A stretch of 64,000 bases of DNA from Bordetella parapertussis (GCA_945861875.1 CAMAWC010000007.1:7540-71539); one strand, 5' to 3'. Shown: positions 51,701 to 61,672, counted from the first letter of the stretch. A program made the numbers and translations. The notes: generated by a model not told the origin, from the letters alone.

Positions 51701-54430
51701 GACGCCGTCGCCGCGCGCGCCGAGACCGAGGCGACGGCTGAGGCCCTGCGCGAAAGCGAGGCACGCAGCAGTGCGATCACCCAATCCGCCTTCGATGCCA
51801 TCGTCACCGCCGACGGTGCGGGCAATATCGCCGGCTGGAACAACGGTGCGCAGCGCATGTTCGGCTACACCGAGGCGCAGGCCCTGGGGCAGCCCGTGAC
51901 GCGGCTGATGCCGCAGCGCTACCGCGAAGCACACCTGGCGGGCATGCATCGGGTGGGTGCCGGCGAGGGAATGCGCCTATCGGGCAAGAGTATTGAACTG
52001 CACGGGCTGCGCCAGGACGGCAGCGAGTTCCCGCTCGAATTCACCCTGGCAAAATGGGAGAGCAACGGGCGCTGGTTCGTCACCGCCATCATGATGGACA
52101 TCACCGAGCGCAAGGCCGCCGAACATCAGTTGCGCAAGCTGTCGCAGGCGGTGGAGCAAAACCCCGCGAGCATTCTTATCACCGATGTCAACGCGCACAT
52201 CGAATATGTCAACCAGGCCTTCGTCGATTCGAGCGGTTACAGCCGCGAGGAAGTGCAGGGCCGCAATCCGCGGGAGCTGCAATCGGGCAAGACCCCGCCC
52301 GAGACCTACGTGGCGATGTGGGATGCGCTTGCCAACGGCCTGCCGTGGCGGGGCGCGTTGCACAACCGCAAGAAAGACGGCGCCGAATACGACGAATTCG
52401 TCATCATCACGCCCTTGCGCGGGGTGGACGGGACGGTGACGCATTACGTGGCGGTGAAGGAAGACATCACCGAGAAAAAACGCGTCGGCGCGGAACTCGA
52501 CCGGTATCGCTTCCACCTGCAAGAGCTGGTGACCACACGCACCGCCGAGTTGAGCGTCGCGCGCCAGCAGGCCGAAGCCGCCAACCTTGCCAAGAGCGCC
52601 TTCCTTGCCAACATGAGCCACGAAATCCGCACACCCATGAATGCCATTATCGGCCTTAGCCATCTGATGCGCCGCGCCGGCGTACCCCCGGAGCAGGCGC
52701 TGCGCCTGGACAAGATCGACAATGCCGGCCGGCACCTGCTGTCCGTCATCAACGACATCCTCGACCTGTCCAAGATCGAAGCCGAGCGCATGCAATTGAG
52801 CACTACCGATTTTCCGCTGCCCGCGGTGCTTGAGCACGTCGCCAACCTCATCAGCGAAGCGGCGCGCAACAAGGGGCTTGTCATCGCGCTCGACCCGGGC
52901 AACGTTCCGGTGTGGCTGCACGGCGACCCGACACGGCTGCGCCAGGCCCTGCTCAATTATGCCAGCAACGCCGTCAAGTTCACCGCAAAAGGCCGCATCA
53001 GCCTGCGCGCCAAACTGCTCGACGACAGCGCAAGCGGCTTGCTGGTGCGCTTTGAAGTCCAGGACACCGGCATTGGCATTGCCGCCGAAACCCTGGGCCG
53101 GCTGTTCCAGCCGTTTGAGCAGGGGGACGCGAGCACGGCACGCCGGTACGGCGGCAGCGGGCTCGGTCTGGCCATCAGCCGCCGCCTCGCGCAGCTGATG
53201 GACGGCGACACCGGCGTCGAAAGCACCCCCGGGGTGGGCAGCACCTTCTGGTTCACCGCCCGCCTCGAGCGCGGCCACGGCATCATGCCAACCGTCGCGA
53301 AGCAAGCCGACGCAGCCGATGCCGAGGCGATCTTGCGGCTGCGGATGGCCGGCGTGCGCGTGTTGCTGGTCGAGGACAACCCCATCAACCGTGAGGTCGC
53401 CATCGATTTGCTGCATGACGCGAACCTGCTGGTCGATACGGCCGCCGATGGCGGCGAAGCGGTGCGCATGGCCAAAGGCGGCGCCTACGACCTGGTGCTG
53501 ATGGACATCCAGATGCCGGTGATGGACGGCCTGCAAGCCACGCGCCTCATCCGCGCCCTGCCCGGCTGGGAAAACACGCCCATCCTGGCGCTCACGGCCG
53601 ACGCCTTCGATGAAGACCGGCGCGCCTGCACGGCCGCGGGCATGAACGATTTCATCACCAAACCGGTGGAACCGGCCCTGCTCTATGCGACCCTGCTCAA
53701 ATGGCTGCCGGCCGATGCCGCAGGCCGGCATGCAGCGCACGACGGCACATCGGCAGCTGTGGCAACCCCCGCGCCAATCGCGGCCGAGACGCGCAGCAGA
53801 GACGCAATGGCCCTGGCGCAACTGGCCGGAGTGCGCGGCGTCAAGGTCGAACACGGCCTGGCTGCGCTGCACGGCAACGCCGGCAAGTACCTCGACCTGC
53901 TGGGCCGGTTCATCGGCGCTCACGCCGATGACATGAGCGCCCTGGCCGCGAGCCTTGCCCAGGGCAGGCAGGACACGGCGCGCCGCCTCACCCACAACCT
54001 CAAGGGCACGGCGGCCACGCTGGGCCTCGAACATCTGGCGCAATTGGCGGCGAGCCTCGACGATGTATTCAGGCAGGCCACGGACAAGGCGCCTGACCAG
54101 GCCAGCCTTGCCCCCGCCATGAATGCCATTACTGCGGCGTTTGTCCAACTCGCCGCCGCCCTGCCCGCGCCACCACCCCTCGCCGATGCCGCCCAGAGCA
54201 CCGACAAGGCCGCCAGCGCTGCCCTGCTCAATCGCCTCGCAGCGCTGCTGGCGCAAAGCGACACCGGCGCCGTCGCCTTGCTCGATGAACATGCCGGCGC
54301 CCTGAAAGCGGCCATGGGCGCGGCTTTCGAGCCTTTTTCCAGCCAGCTGAAACAGTATGATTTTGCCGCCGCGCATGCCACGCTGGCCGCTGTGCGCGCC
54401 GCAGACGCAGGTGAGACGTCCGGACTTTGA
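48794..54430 (+). CDS. Giant hybrid sensor histidine kinase: polytopic N-module, dCache-like, HAMP, about 5 PAS, HisKA, HATPase_c, REC, Hpt
   Basis: Track ORF 48722..54430 (1902 aa) has a TTG start. The ATG at 48794 ([13 protein letters not shown]) is preferred. H-box [16 protein letters not shown]-boxes [29 protein letters not shown], Hpt [11 protein letters not shown]. Confidence 0.93.
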   Translation: MKPSLLSPALALLATLLAVSALLGWVLDIAALKQGLGSSVAMNPATAVCLALLGLEAVRMHAMNTHAALAKAGQLAILVVISAVLAKLCELLFGTSFAIDQLLFGAALKANLAYPSRMAPNTAACLLLLGVAMQLMRSGTESRVRNAQLLAILALLAGLLALAGNLFGVRELSGPAQYIPMAFNTAIAVCCIAASILSSSREKGVLKFIRWQSLQTRVVLASMIVSVTSVWTLTLYSSAVLREDLQRQLGTQQFSTVSLLAEEIDQETGDRLLALETIAAEITPAMLANATVLQKLLQGRPIFTKLFNAGVFATRLDGISIAAMPLEAPRLGVDYATRDFMVAALKEGKRAVGQPVLGKVLKVPTFGMAVPIRDAGGNTIGALVGATNLAQPNFLSRISATRHGDTGDYVLVASKDRLIVTSSDKTRIMTTLPAPGIIPQLDRYLEGGEGSAVYVNPLGVEILASAKHIAVAGWVLTATLPTEEAFAPAHDLLRNTLWSAFLLTLLAGTLTWVLIRRHLAPLLATVHTLADLAGSDQPMRHLPVTRQDEVGELIGGFNRLLTSLAERSQALQLVRTGIEAATDAVYWIQADGRIADVNEAACLSLGQHRGTLLNAPVWQVATHWTAENWPRHFDELRHRGSLKLASTQTQANGRLIPVEIVASYVQTGGGEFSCAIVRDITERNLAETALKDAAMRFRSYFERSMIGMAETSPEKGWINVNDRLCDMLGYSKQELLRMNWQELTHPDDLAADLARFKRTLAGEIDEYTLETRFIHHDGHVVHTHMSVRAVRRTDAAVESYVVLLEDVSAEEQARTALHEHHAILTGILATTLDGYWRIDGRGTLLDVNPAYCLQSGYTHQELLGMQVSDLYAQEDALAHERHIRHVLEHGSDQFEARHRRKDGSIWDVEVSATHLKFAEPQIVVFLRDISARKLADLQAIEAASLTVREQAAVLEQQNQSRLAALNLLEDAVAARAETEATAEALRESEARSSAITQSAFDAIVTADGAGNIAGWNNGAQRMFGYTEAQALGQPVTRLMPQRYREAHLAGMHRVGAGEGMRLSGKSIELHGLRQDGSEFPLEFTLAKWESNGRWFVTAIMMDITERKAAEHQLRKLSQAVEQNPASILITDVNAHIEYVNQAFVDSSGYSREEVQGRNPRELQSGKTPPETYVAMWDALANGLPWRGALHNRKKDGAEYDEFVIITPLRGVDGTVTHYVAVKEDITEKKRVGAELDRYRFHLQELVTTRTAELSVARQQAEAANLAKSAFLANMSHEIRTPMNAIIGLSHLMRRAGVPPEQALRLDKIDNAGRHLLSVINDILDLSKIEAERMQLSTTDFPLPAVLEHVANLISEAARNKGLVIALDPGNVPVWLHGDPTRLRQALLNYASNAVKFTAKGRISLRAKLLDDSASGLLVRFEVQDTGIGIAAETLGRLFQPFEQGDASTARRYGGSGLGLAISRRLAQLMDGDTGVESTPGVGSTFWFTARLERGHGIMPTVAKQADAADAEAILRLRMAGVRVLLVEDNPINREVAIDLLHDANLLVDTAADGGEAVRMAKGGAYDLVLMDIQMPVMDGLQATRLIRALPGWENTPILALTADAFDEDRRACTAAGMNDFITKPVEPALLYATLLKWLPADAAGRHAAHDGTSAAVATPAPIAAETRSRDAMALAQLAGVRGVKVEHGLAALHGNAGKYLDLLGRFIGAHADDMSALAASLAQGRQDTARRLTHNLKGTAATLGLEHLAQLAASLDDVFRQATDKAPDQASLAPAMNAITAAFVQLAAALPAPPPLADAAQSTDKAASAALLNRLAALLAQSDTGAVALLDEHAGALKAAMGAAFEPFSSQLKQYDFAAAHATLAAVRAADAGETSGL

Positions 54431-54493
54431 TTCAGGTCAAAAGACTGCAACGCCAATCTGTCAGCATTCCACGGCAAGGTATCCGACCAAAGG

Positions 54494-56296
54494 ATGAGCC
54501 CGTCACCTCACGCCATGCAGACCCCCGCCACCCCCCGGCTGCAGCCAGACGAGCCGGTAAAGCCTGCGCCCACCTGGCGCCCGGCAGCCGCCGTGACGCT
54601 GCCGCCGCTGCTCGTCATCGTCGTAAGCCTTGTGGGGCTGAACGTCAATTACCTGGTATTTCATGCACTGGCGGAATTGTTTTCCATCACCATCGCCTTT
54701 GCCGCGCTGGTCATTGCCACCACTTCGCATCGCTTCCAGAAAGACGATTTCCTCACTTACGTTGCCATCGCCATCGGCTGGGTTGCCATGATCGACCTGG
54801 CACACACAATGGCATTCAAGGGCATGAACCTGTTTCCCGGCGACAGCGCCAACCCGGCGACGCAACTGTGGATTGCCGCGCGCAGCCTGCAGGCGTTCGG
54901 CATGCTCAGCGCGCTGCTGTTCCTCACCCGGCGCGCATTCCCGGGCTACGTTCACGCCGGTTTCGGGCTGGCGGCGGCGCTGTTGCTGGCATCGATTGCC
55001 TTCGGCCTTTTTCCGGACGCCTACATCGATGGCAGCGGACTCACCGCGTTCAAGATCTATGCGGAGTACCTGATCATCCTGGTGCTGGCCGCCACCATCT
55101 GGGCTCTTTGGCGCAAGCGCGCGCTGCTGCCGCGGCAGGTGCATCTTGGCCTGAGCGCCGCAATAACGGCGATGATCCTGTCGGAGTTCGCCTTCACCCG
55201 TTATGTCAGCGTGTTCGCACCCGCCAACCTTGTCGGCCATGTGCTGAAAATCATCGCCTACTGGTTTATTTTTATCGTGCTGATCGAATGGGCTCTTCGC
55301 GCCCCCTATTCCCGCTTGAAGCAGGAAATGGACCGCTACCAACGCGCGGTCGACGGCGCCAATGAGGGCGTCTGGGAGTGGCTGCCGGGCAGCGGCAGCG
55401 CCTACCTCTCCCCACGCTGGAAACAGTTGCTCGGCTTCGAGGACCATGAATTGCCGGATGTGGCGAAGGAGAGCTTTTTTGACCGCATGCATCCGCAGGA
55501 CAAGGCGCGTGTTGAACTTGAACTGCGCGCACACCTTGATGGGCACAAACCCTTTGAAACGGCGTTGCGCCTGCGTCACAAAAACGATGAATACCACTGG
55601 TATGCCTCGCGCGGCCAGGCCCAGTGGGACGCCGCGGGAAAACCGCTGCGCATGTCCGGTTTCATTTCCAACATTGACGCACTCAAGGCCGTAGAGGAAG
55701 AACTCCAGCATTCCAACCTGGCGCTGCGCGAGCGCGCCAAGGAGATGGCCTGCCTGCGCGCTGTGTCGAGCGCGCTCCTCCATACGCAGGTCGATTCGGG
55801 CACGATGATCCAGTCGGCCGTTGCCTTGGTCCCGGCCGGCTGGCTTTATCCGGAAATTACCTGCGCCCGCATCGTCCTTGACGGGCGGACCTTTGTCAGC
55901 CGGGCCTTTCGCGAAACGCCATGGACCATGTCGGCCGCGGTTCCGGTCAATGGCGCGGTACGGGGCAGCGTCGAGGTGTTCTACCTCGAGGCGCGGCCCA
56001 TCCTTCACGAGGGGCCGTTCATGAAGGAAGAGCGCAATCTGATCGACACCCTTGCGCGCGAACTGGGGCTCGCTGTTGCACGCCTGGAAATCACCCTGAG
56101 AGCGCAGCAGCAAACCGCCGATCTGGCGCGGAAAAATGCGGATTTACACAAGTTCAACAAGCATGCCGTGGACCGCGAATTGCGCATGATAGAACTGAAA
56201 CAGGAAGTCAATGCCTTGTGCCTGGCGCAAGGCGAGGCTGCGCGCTATAACGTCGCGCCAGTCGCCCCTGCCGATGCGTCGGACGCCCGCTCCTGA
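54494..56296 (+). CDS. MASE3-like membrane sensor / PAS / GAF-like protein with no recognisable output domain
   Basis: 600 aa. About 7 TM helices, with VFHALAELFSITIAFAAL resembling MASE3 (assigned from memory). PAS (GVWEWLPGSGSAYLSPRWKQLLGF...YHWYASRGQAQWD). A GAF-like region, then a terminal coiled coil ending HAVDRELRMIELKQEVNALC. Confidence 0.7.
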   Translation: MSPSPHAMQTPATPRLQPDEPVKPAPTWRPAAAVTLPPLLVIVVSLVGLNVNYLVFHALAELFSITIAFAALVIATTSHRFQKDDFLTYVAIAIGWVAMIDLAHTMAFKGMNLFPGDSANPATQLWIAARSLQAFGMLSALLFLTRRAFPGYVHAGFGLAAALLLASIAFGLFPDAYIDGSGLTAFKIYAEYLIILVLAATIWALWRKRALLPRQVHLGLSAAITAMILSEFAFTRYVSVFAPANLVGHVLKIIAYWFIFIVLIEWALRAPYSRLKQEMDRYQRAVDGANEGVWEWLPGSGSAYLSPRWKQLLGFEDHELPDVAKESFFDRMHPQDKARVELELRAHLDGHKPFETALRLRHKNDEYHWYASRGQAQWDAAGKPLRMSGFISNIDALKAVEEELQHSNLALRERAKEMACLRAVSSALLHTQVDSGTMIQSAVALVPAGWLYPEITCARIVLDGRTFVSRAFRETPWTMSAAVPVNGAVRGSVEVFYLEARPILHEGPFMKEERNLIDTLARELGLAVARLEITLRAQQQTADLARKNADLHKFNKHAVDRELRMIELKQEVNALCLAQGEAARYNVAPVAPADASDARS

Positions 56297-56688
56297 CGGC
56301 AGCCTTCGAACAAGCGGAAAAAATCGCGGTCGGCGGTGAATAGATGGCGCGCGACGATGTCGTTGGCAAGGAACTCGATCAGCCCTCCCGTTGTTGCCGT
56401 GCCGGCCGCGGCGTCAGCCCGCAGCTTTTCCGCCCGTGCCAGCAATCCGGCATGGGCGCGCTTGTGCGCGGCCAGGTCCACGGTGTGGCGTTGCTCGAGC
56501 AAGGCCTCTTCGTCGGCAAAGTGCCGCACGACGTGTGCGAGCAAGCGCTCGAGTGCCGCGACAAATGCGCCCGGTGCGCTCTGCTTGTCGAATGAGGCGT
56601 CAATAAGGGTGTTGGCCAGAGCAAACAGCTCGCGGTGCGCGCCGTCAATGGTCGGCTCGCCGCATTCATAGCCAGGGGCAGTGCAAAC
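56245..56688 (-). pseudogene. Bacteriohemerythrin-like gene lacking an in-frame start (N-terminus apparently in another frame)
   Basis: Manual translation upstream of track ORF 56245..56544 continues open to the stop at 56689-56691. It reads ...GYECGEPTIDGAHRELFALANTLID...HFADEEALLEQ...HKRAHAGLL...FLANDIVARHLFTADRDFF, which contains all the hemerythrin motifs. No ATG, GTG or TTG precedes the first His ligand. An ATG-initiated ORF in a neighbouring frame (start 56858) runs into this point. Confidence 0.55.
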
Positions 56689-57057
56689 TCAAGGACCAAC
56701 TCCCGCACCGCGGGATCGGCATCGGGATTTATCGCGGGCCCGGCGGCCGGATTTGTCGTATTCAAGGTATTTGCCTGTTCTTCTGTCTCTTGCGTCGCAA
56801 TCCCCGGCGCCCTTGCGTGCACCTCACGTGCCGGCGCCTGCACGGCGGAGCTTGACACAAACCACTTGCGTGAACTTGATTTGAATCAATCCGCCGCCGC
56901 CAAAAATGCGGTCACATATAGCCAAGGGCGGTTACGGTGTCGGCGGTACGCGCACCGGCGGTGTTGCAACGTATTTACTTTACGCTGATGAGGCGAGGGC
57001 TGTGGCTTGTGGATGCACGCCAGGGCGCACAGGCAGGCACGCCTCAGGGAGAATCCA

Positions 57058-58149
57058 ATGGCTGTATTGAACGGCATCGACTTTTCACCCTACGTCGGCG
57101 ACGAGCGCAGCCCGCTTATCAGCGCGCCAGAACACTGCCTGGCCAGCTTTTTCGACCGCCCGGAGCTCGATTGCATGCTCATCGAAGTCCTTCCCGAGCA
57201 AGATTGCCTCAGGGTGCGCCCGCGCGGTTCGAACGCAAGCGAGCGGCTTTCGTTTGACGATGTGCGCTCGGTCTGTTTTCTTGATCCGGTCGTGCTGAAA
57301 GACTCGATGGAGCACCTGCGCCAGGGCGGCATCGACGTGCACGCCGTGCTGGCACGCAGTCCCTTCAGCATCACATTTCGCAACGGCCAGATTTTTTCCG
57401 GTGAACTCTGCGGCTACGGTGCGACCACCGTCGGATTGGGCCTTTACGCCGCCGCGGACAACGGTGAAATATTGCGCTACTACTTCCCCCACCCCGGGGT
57501 GGACAGCTTTGTGATTGGCGATCCGCTGGGAAAGATGCTGATCGAACACAGCGACATTAACGAAGCCGGATTGAACAAGGCGCTGGCGGCGCAGCGGGCG
57601 CTGCGCGAGCAAAAACTGGGCGACCTTCTTGCCGAACAACGCCTCATCAGCCCTGAGACACTGAACGCGGCGCTGCGCCAGCAGGCGATGCACCATCCGA
57701 CGCGCCGCATCGGCGAGGTGATGGTTGAAATGGGCGTGCTCACCCAGACGCAGCTCGCCGCCGCCCTTGAGGAACAAAAGCTGCGGCGCGACAAGCTGCT
57801 GGGCGACATCCTCATCGACATGGGCCTGCTCGACAAGGACTCGCTGCGCCAGGTGCTGGCGCACAAGCTGGGGATACCGCATGTCGCCTTGAAGGCCTTC
57901 CAGATCGATCCGGGCGTGCTTCACTCGGTGCCCTCCGACATGGAATGGCAGTACAAGGTCGTACCGCTGTACTACTTTGAAAATGCGTTGATCGTGGCGA
58001 TGGCCAATCCGATGGACCGGCGCGCCGTCAAGGCGATGTCGTATGCCATAGACAAAAAAATCATTCCCGTGCTGGCATCCCTCGATGATATCGAAAGCGC
58101 GCTGGAGAACGACCAGGCCGGCACCGGGACGCGCCCCGTCAACAGATGA
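57058..58149 (+). CDS. Protein with an unknown N-domain and a T2SSE_N/MshEN domain carrying three tandem c-di-GMP-binding-type motifs
   Basis: Track ORF 57007..58149. The ATG at 57058 is preceded by GGGAGA. Motifs are KLGDLLAEQRLISPETLNAALRQQ, RIGEVMVEMGVLTQTQLAAALEEQ and LLGDILIDMGLLDKDSLRQVLAHK, followed by KLGIPHVALKAFQIDPGVLHSVP...YKVVPLYYFENALIVAMANPMD (GspE/PilB N-terminal domain). Confidence 0.7.
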   Translation: MAVLNGIDFSPYVGDERSPLISAPEHCLASFFDRPELDCMLIEVLPEQDCLRVRPRGSNASERLSFDDVRSVCFLDPVVLKDSMEHLRQGGIDVHAVLARSPFSITFRNGQIFSGELCGYGATTVGLGLYAAADNGEILRYYFPHPGVDSFVIGDPLGKMLIEHSDINEAGLNKALAAQRALREQKLGDLLAEQRLISPETLNAALRQQAMHHPTRRIGEVMVEMGVLTQTQLAAALEEQKLRRDKLLGDILIDMGLLDKDSLRQVLAHKLGIPHVALKAFQIDPGVLHSVPSDMEWQYKVVPLYYFENALIVAMANPMDRRAVKAMSYAIDKKIIPVLASLDDIESALENDQAGTGTRPVNR

Positions 58150-59372
58150 AACACTCCAACTGGCTGCAAAGCGTCGCCAGGGCCAGCGGCACAGGGCCGC
58201 TGACGGCCGGTGCCAACCGGGAACTGGCGCAGCTCGACGAGCTGTTGTTTGGGGCCTGGAATCACGGCAAGAACATCCTGCTGGCGTGGACCCAGGCGGC
58301 AGCCGAATTGCGTTTTGTCGCCGTGCGACATTACAAGATCCTCGAGCCCTTTGGCGACAACGCCGACGCGGACAACGCGCACGCCGACCGCGACCTTATC
58401 AATAGCGTTCTCGCCGGCCCCAAATGTCTCGATGCGGCGGCCTTTGACGCCTTGTGCACGGACTTGCGCGGCGCGGCACACGTCATCCGCGCCGACGGGG
58501 CCGCATTCGGCCGGCTGTCGTCCGAACTGATCAGCGTGCTGGTCTCACGCTACGGCATATCGCTGGTACGCGAACGGGCGGTGATACTGCTCGATATCGT
58601 CGGCTTCTCGCTGCATCCGCCGCTCGAGCAGGTGGCCATGATCAACAGCCTGAGCTATTCGGCCAACTCGGCCTACCTGCAGCTGATGTCAAAGAAAATC
58701 CGCGGCAGCTTCCCGCCCCCCTTGTTTGCCCGCACCACCACCGGCGACGGCTTTTACATCTGGAACCGCGACAAAACGCTGGAGGGCAACATCGCGCTGT
58801 ACCAGCTGATGATGCTGCTCTTGACCGACAATGCGGTGGCGCAGCGCAAGGCCAAGCGCTTCCCGGTGCCGACCCTGCGCGCCGCCTTCCATGTCGGGGA
58901 GCATTACGAGTTCTTCCAGATGGAAGCGATGAGCCCGACCGCCTTCAGCTACATCGTCGGGCAGGTGACCATTGATCTGGCGCGCATCATCGACAAGGCG
59001 CTGCCCGGACAGGTGCTGCTCGGGGACTTCAACATCGCGATGCGCGATGCCGGGAGCGGCGCCCTCATCAACCAAAGCACGCCCGGCTTTATCGCCAAAA
59101 CCGCGACAACCCTGCAACGCCTGCACGGCATGTCGGTGGCGTACAACCGTGTCGCGGAAATCCGCTGCTACATTACCGGCGAGCGCGCAGCGGACGGCGA
59201 ATTCACGGTCGAGCGCTACAGCATCCTGGACAAGCACGGCCGCACGCATGCGGCCTATAACGCCAAGATCAACATCCACCTGCAGCGCGGCAAACCGGTC
59301 TTTCTCGGACTGCAGCACAGGGACTTGCGTCATCCGGCCGCAGGCGGCCACGGTTGGCCCGCGGACCGATGA
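58146..59372 (+). CDS. Divergent class III nucleotidyl cyclase homology domain protein with an unknown N-terminal region of about 140 aa
   Basis: 408 aa. ATGA overlap with the MshEN gene. CHD landmarks are AVILLDIVGFS (metal Asp 1), TTGDGFYIW (metal Asp 2), LRAAFHVGEHYEF, and IVGQVTIDLARIIDKALPGQVLLGD (the Asn position is Asp; Arg is kept). Confidence 0.6.
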   Translation: MKHSNWLQSVARASGTGPLTAGANRELAQLDELLFGAWNHGKNILLAWTQAAAELRFVAVRHYKILEPFGDNADADNAHADRDLINSVLAGPKCLDAAAFDALCTDLRGAAHVIRADGAAFGRLSSELISVLVSRYGISLVRERAVILLDIVGFSLHPPLEQVAMINSLSYSANSAYLQLMSKKIRGSFPPPLFARTTTGDGFYIWNRDKTLEGNIALYQLMMLLLTDNAVAQRKAKRFPVPTLRAAFHVGEHYEFFQMEAMSPTAFSYIVGQVTIDLARIIDKALPGQVLLGDFNIAMRDAGSGALINQSTPGFIAKTATTLQRLHGMSVAYNRVAEIRCYITGERAADGEFTVERYSILDKHGRTHAAYNAKINIHLQRGKPVFLGLQHRDLRHPAAGGHGWPADR

Positions 59373-59418
59373 ACGGAGCGACGCATTCCCGCTTGTGCGT
59401 GCGCGTGCGGTAATTTCC

Positions 59419-59513
59419 GCCATTGCGAGGAGGCAAAGCCGACGCGGTAATGTCGTGGTGTTGTGGTGTCGGTCACAAGGGTGACGAGGTTGCTTCGCTG
59501 CGCCCGCGATGAC
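59419..59513. repeat. Degenerate family C hairpin (inverted orientation)
   Basis: GCCATTGCGAGGAGGCAAAGCCGACGCGGTAAT...GGTTGCTTCGCTGCGCCCGCGATGAC. Confidence 0.7.
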
Positions 59514-59647
59514 ACGCACAATCGGCTGCAAAGCCACGACTGGCGGGCGTTTCCAGCCTGTCACCCGGGCTGCGCAGGACTTTTCTGGCGGCACCCTCGC
59601 CGCGCTGCTACCATGCGTCTTTGTTTTGAGGCACGGCATCGTCACGC

Positions 59648-60877
59648 ATGAGCAGGACCCCTCCACGCGCCGATAGCGCCTTTGCCGTCTTTCACATCCG
59701 CGACTATCGCCTGCTCATCGCCGGCTCTTTTCTCACCACCATCTTGCAGCAGACGCAGGCCGTGGCGCTTGGCTGGGATATTTATGAGCGCACCGGTTCG
59801 GCCATGGCCCTCGCCTTCATGGGGCTGGTGCAGTTCGTGCCGGTGATCTTGCTGTTTTTGCCGGCGGGGCAGATGGCCGATCGTTTTGACCGGCGCTGGG
59901 TCATGGTGTTGTCGCAACTGCTCTGGTGCGCCGGCTCGGTCGAGCTTGCGCTGTCCGCGTGGAATGGCGCGAGCGTCAACTGGATGTACCTCGGACTCGC
60001 GGCAAGCGGAACGGCGATGGTGATCAACCGGCCGGCGCGTGACGCGCTGCTGCCGCAGGTGGTGCCGCTGTCGCTGCTGGCGCGCGCCGTGTCCTGGAGC
60101 TCGAGCGGCTTCCAGCTCGCCTCGATCTGCGGCCCGGCCCTCGCCGGCATCACCATTGCGCTGGGCGGCGCGGTGCCGGTGTACGCGATCAACAGCGTTC
60201 TCGCCCTGATCACCCTGGGCCTGACGCTGGCCATTTCCGCCCGCCCCGCCACCACCAGGCACGACGCATTATCGTGGGGGCAACTGTTCGCCGGCCTTAC
60301 CCACGTCTGGCGCACCAAGGTGGTTCTGGGCCTGATGGTGGTTGACCTGCTGGCCATTTTGCTCGGCGGCGTGGCCGCCATGATGCCCATTTACGCCAAG
60401 GACGTGCTGCAAGTGGGGCCGGCGGGCCTCGGCTGGTTGTCGGCCGCACCCGCCCTGGGTGCGGTAACGATGGTACTGGTGCAAAGCTACCGCCGGCCCT
60501 ACCAGCAAAGCGGCCGCGTTTTTTTCACCGCCATGGCGGTATTCGGCCTTTCAATGCTCACCTTCGGCTTGTCCGGCTGGTTCTGGTTGTCCTTTGTCGC
60601 GCTGGTGGTGGGCGGGGCCTGCGACCTGGTGGGCGCGGTGATCCGCCAGACGGTGATACAGCTGCAGACGCCCGATGCGCTGCGCGGCCGTGTCTCGGCG
60701 GTTAACCGCGTGTTCATCAGCTCGTCCAATGAACTGGGGGCGTTTCGCGCCGGCCTTCTCGCCTCGCTCACCGGGCCGCTGGTCACCGTGGTGGCCGGCG
60801 GAACACTCACCGTGTTGATCGCCATCGCAGGAACGCGCTTGTTTCCCGGACTGCGGCGACTCGGGCGGGTGGAATAG
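59648..60877 (+). CDS. MFS transporter
   Basis: 409 aa, about 12 TM helices, MFS loop motif GQMADRFDRR. Confidence 0.85.
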   Translation: MSRTPPRADSAFAVFHIRDYRLLIAGSFLTTILQQTQAVALGWDIYERTGSAMALAFMGLVQFVPVILLFLPAGQMADRFDRRWVMVLSQLLWCAGSVELALSAWNGASVNWMYLGLAASGTAMVINRPARDALLPQVVPLSLLARAVSWSSSGFQLASICGPALAGITIALGGAVPVYAINSVLALITLGLTLAISARPATTRHDALSWGQLFAGLTHVWRTKVVLGLMVVDLLAILLGGVAAMMPIYAKDVLQVGPAGLGWLSAAPALGAVTMVLVQSYRRPYQQSGRVFFTAMAVFGLSMLTFGLSGWFWLSFVALVVGGACDLVGAVIRQTVIQLQTPDALRGRVSAVNRVFISSSNELGAFRAGLLASLTGPLVTVVAGGTLTVLIAIAGTRLFPGLRRLGRVE

Positions 60878-60889
60878 ATCCGGGTGACA

Positions 60890-61215
60890 CTGATCAAGTC
60901 CGTCATTCCCGCGAAGCTTGTCCTCGAATGCCTTAATCGGGGAGCGGGAATCCACCTTGGGAAGCTCTGATTAAGTCCGTCATTCCCGCGAAAGCGGGAA
61001 TCCACCTTGGGAAACTCTGATTAAGTCCGTCATTCCCGCGAAGCTTGTCCTCGAATGCCTTAATCGGGGAGCGGGAATCCACCTTGACCTAAAGCGTGTA
61101 TTCATTGAGTCAAAATGGATTCCCGCTTGGCCGTTCCTCGAAACTTCGTCTCGCTGCGCGAGACTCGCTTTCGCGGGAATGACGATTTATGGACTTAATC
61201 AGAGCTTCCCTAAGC
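60890..61215. repeat. Family A repeat array: three tandem left arms (two with expanded loops) plus one right arm with an expanded loop
   Basis: (C)TGAT(C/T)AAGTCCGTCATTCCCGCG... occurs three times, starting near 60890, 60966 and 61017. It is closed by TGGATTCCCGC-TTGGCCGTTCCTCGAAACTTCGTCTCGCTGCGCGAGACTCGCTT-TCGCGGGAATGACGATTTATGGACTTAATCAGAGCTTCCCTAAG. Confidence 0.85.
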
Positions 61216-61672
61216 AAGCGCCATTCGCGCCAGACCGGCATGGCGCGCCAGGCCTGTCCTGGCGCTGTCCTTTTTTGCACCCGCCGGCGAAGGATCCGCA
61301 TTGGCGTTACACGAGCTTACGGAACCGCCACCTTGCCAGTGCAAACGCCGGACGATTCGCCGACAAAGCGCAGCGGCATCCCTTCTAGTATTGCTGCGTG
61401 CAGTCAGGCGCGATTCATTTCGGTCCGGGGCAGCGCTGGCGCGCCTGCCGCCCGGCGCGCCTGCCGCCCGGCGCGCGCATCACTCCGGTGCGCGCATCAC
61501 CTCGAGCGCTGTCCTTGGCCCGATGACCCTCGGCGTGCGCGTGGCCGTGGCGCAACCGGCCGATCGCCGCTGACAAACCGTTACAAAAGCCAGACGAGAA
61601 GCCGCACGAAAGGCCGCCGTTTCTTCGTTATGGTGTCCTCTGACACGAAGTTAACCATGCATTGACCAGGAT

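Noticed and set aside
57058-59372. Pycsar/CBASS-like anti-phage signalling system (cyclase plus effector)
   Set aside because: The partner protein carries no recognisable killing module (no TIR, patatin, endonuclease or multi-TM effector) and no cNMP-binding domain. The surroundings are chromosomal sensory genes, not a defence island. I kept it as a signalling-cassette finding only.
61189-61665. 158-aa and 90-aa ORFs in the spacer upstream of the last kinase gene (61189..61665, 61301..61573)
   Set aside because: The translations are Arg/Ala/Pro-rich with no motifs. The first begins in the repeat array and both span the tandem 16-mer duplication. More likely a non-coding leader or regulatory spacer.
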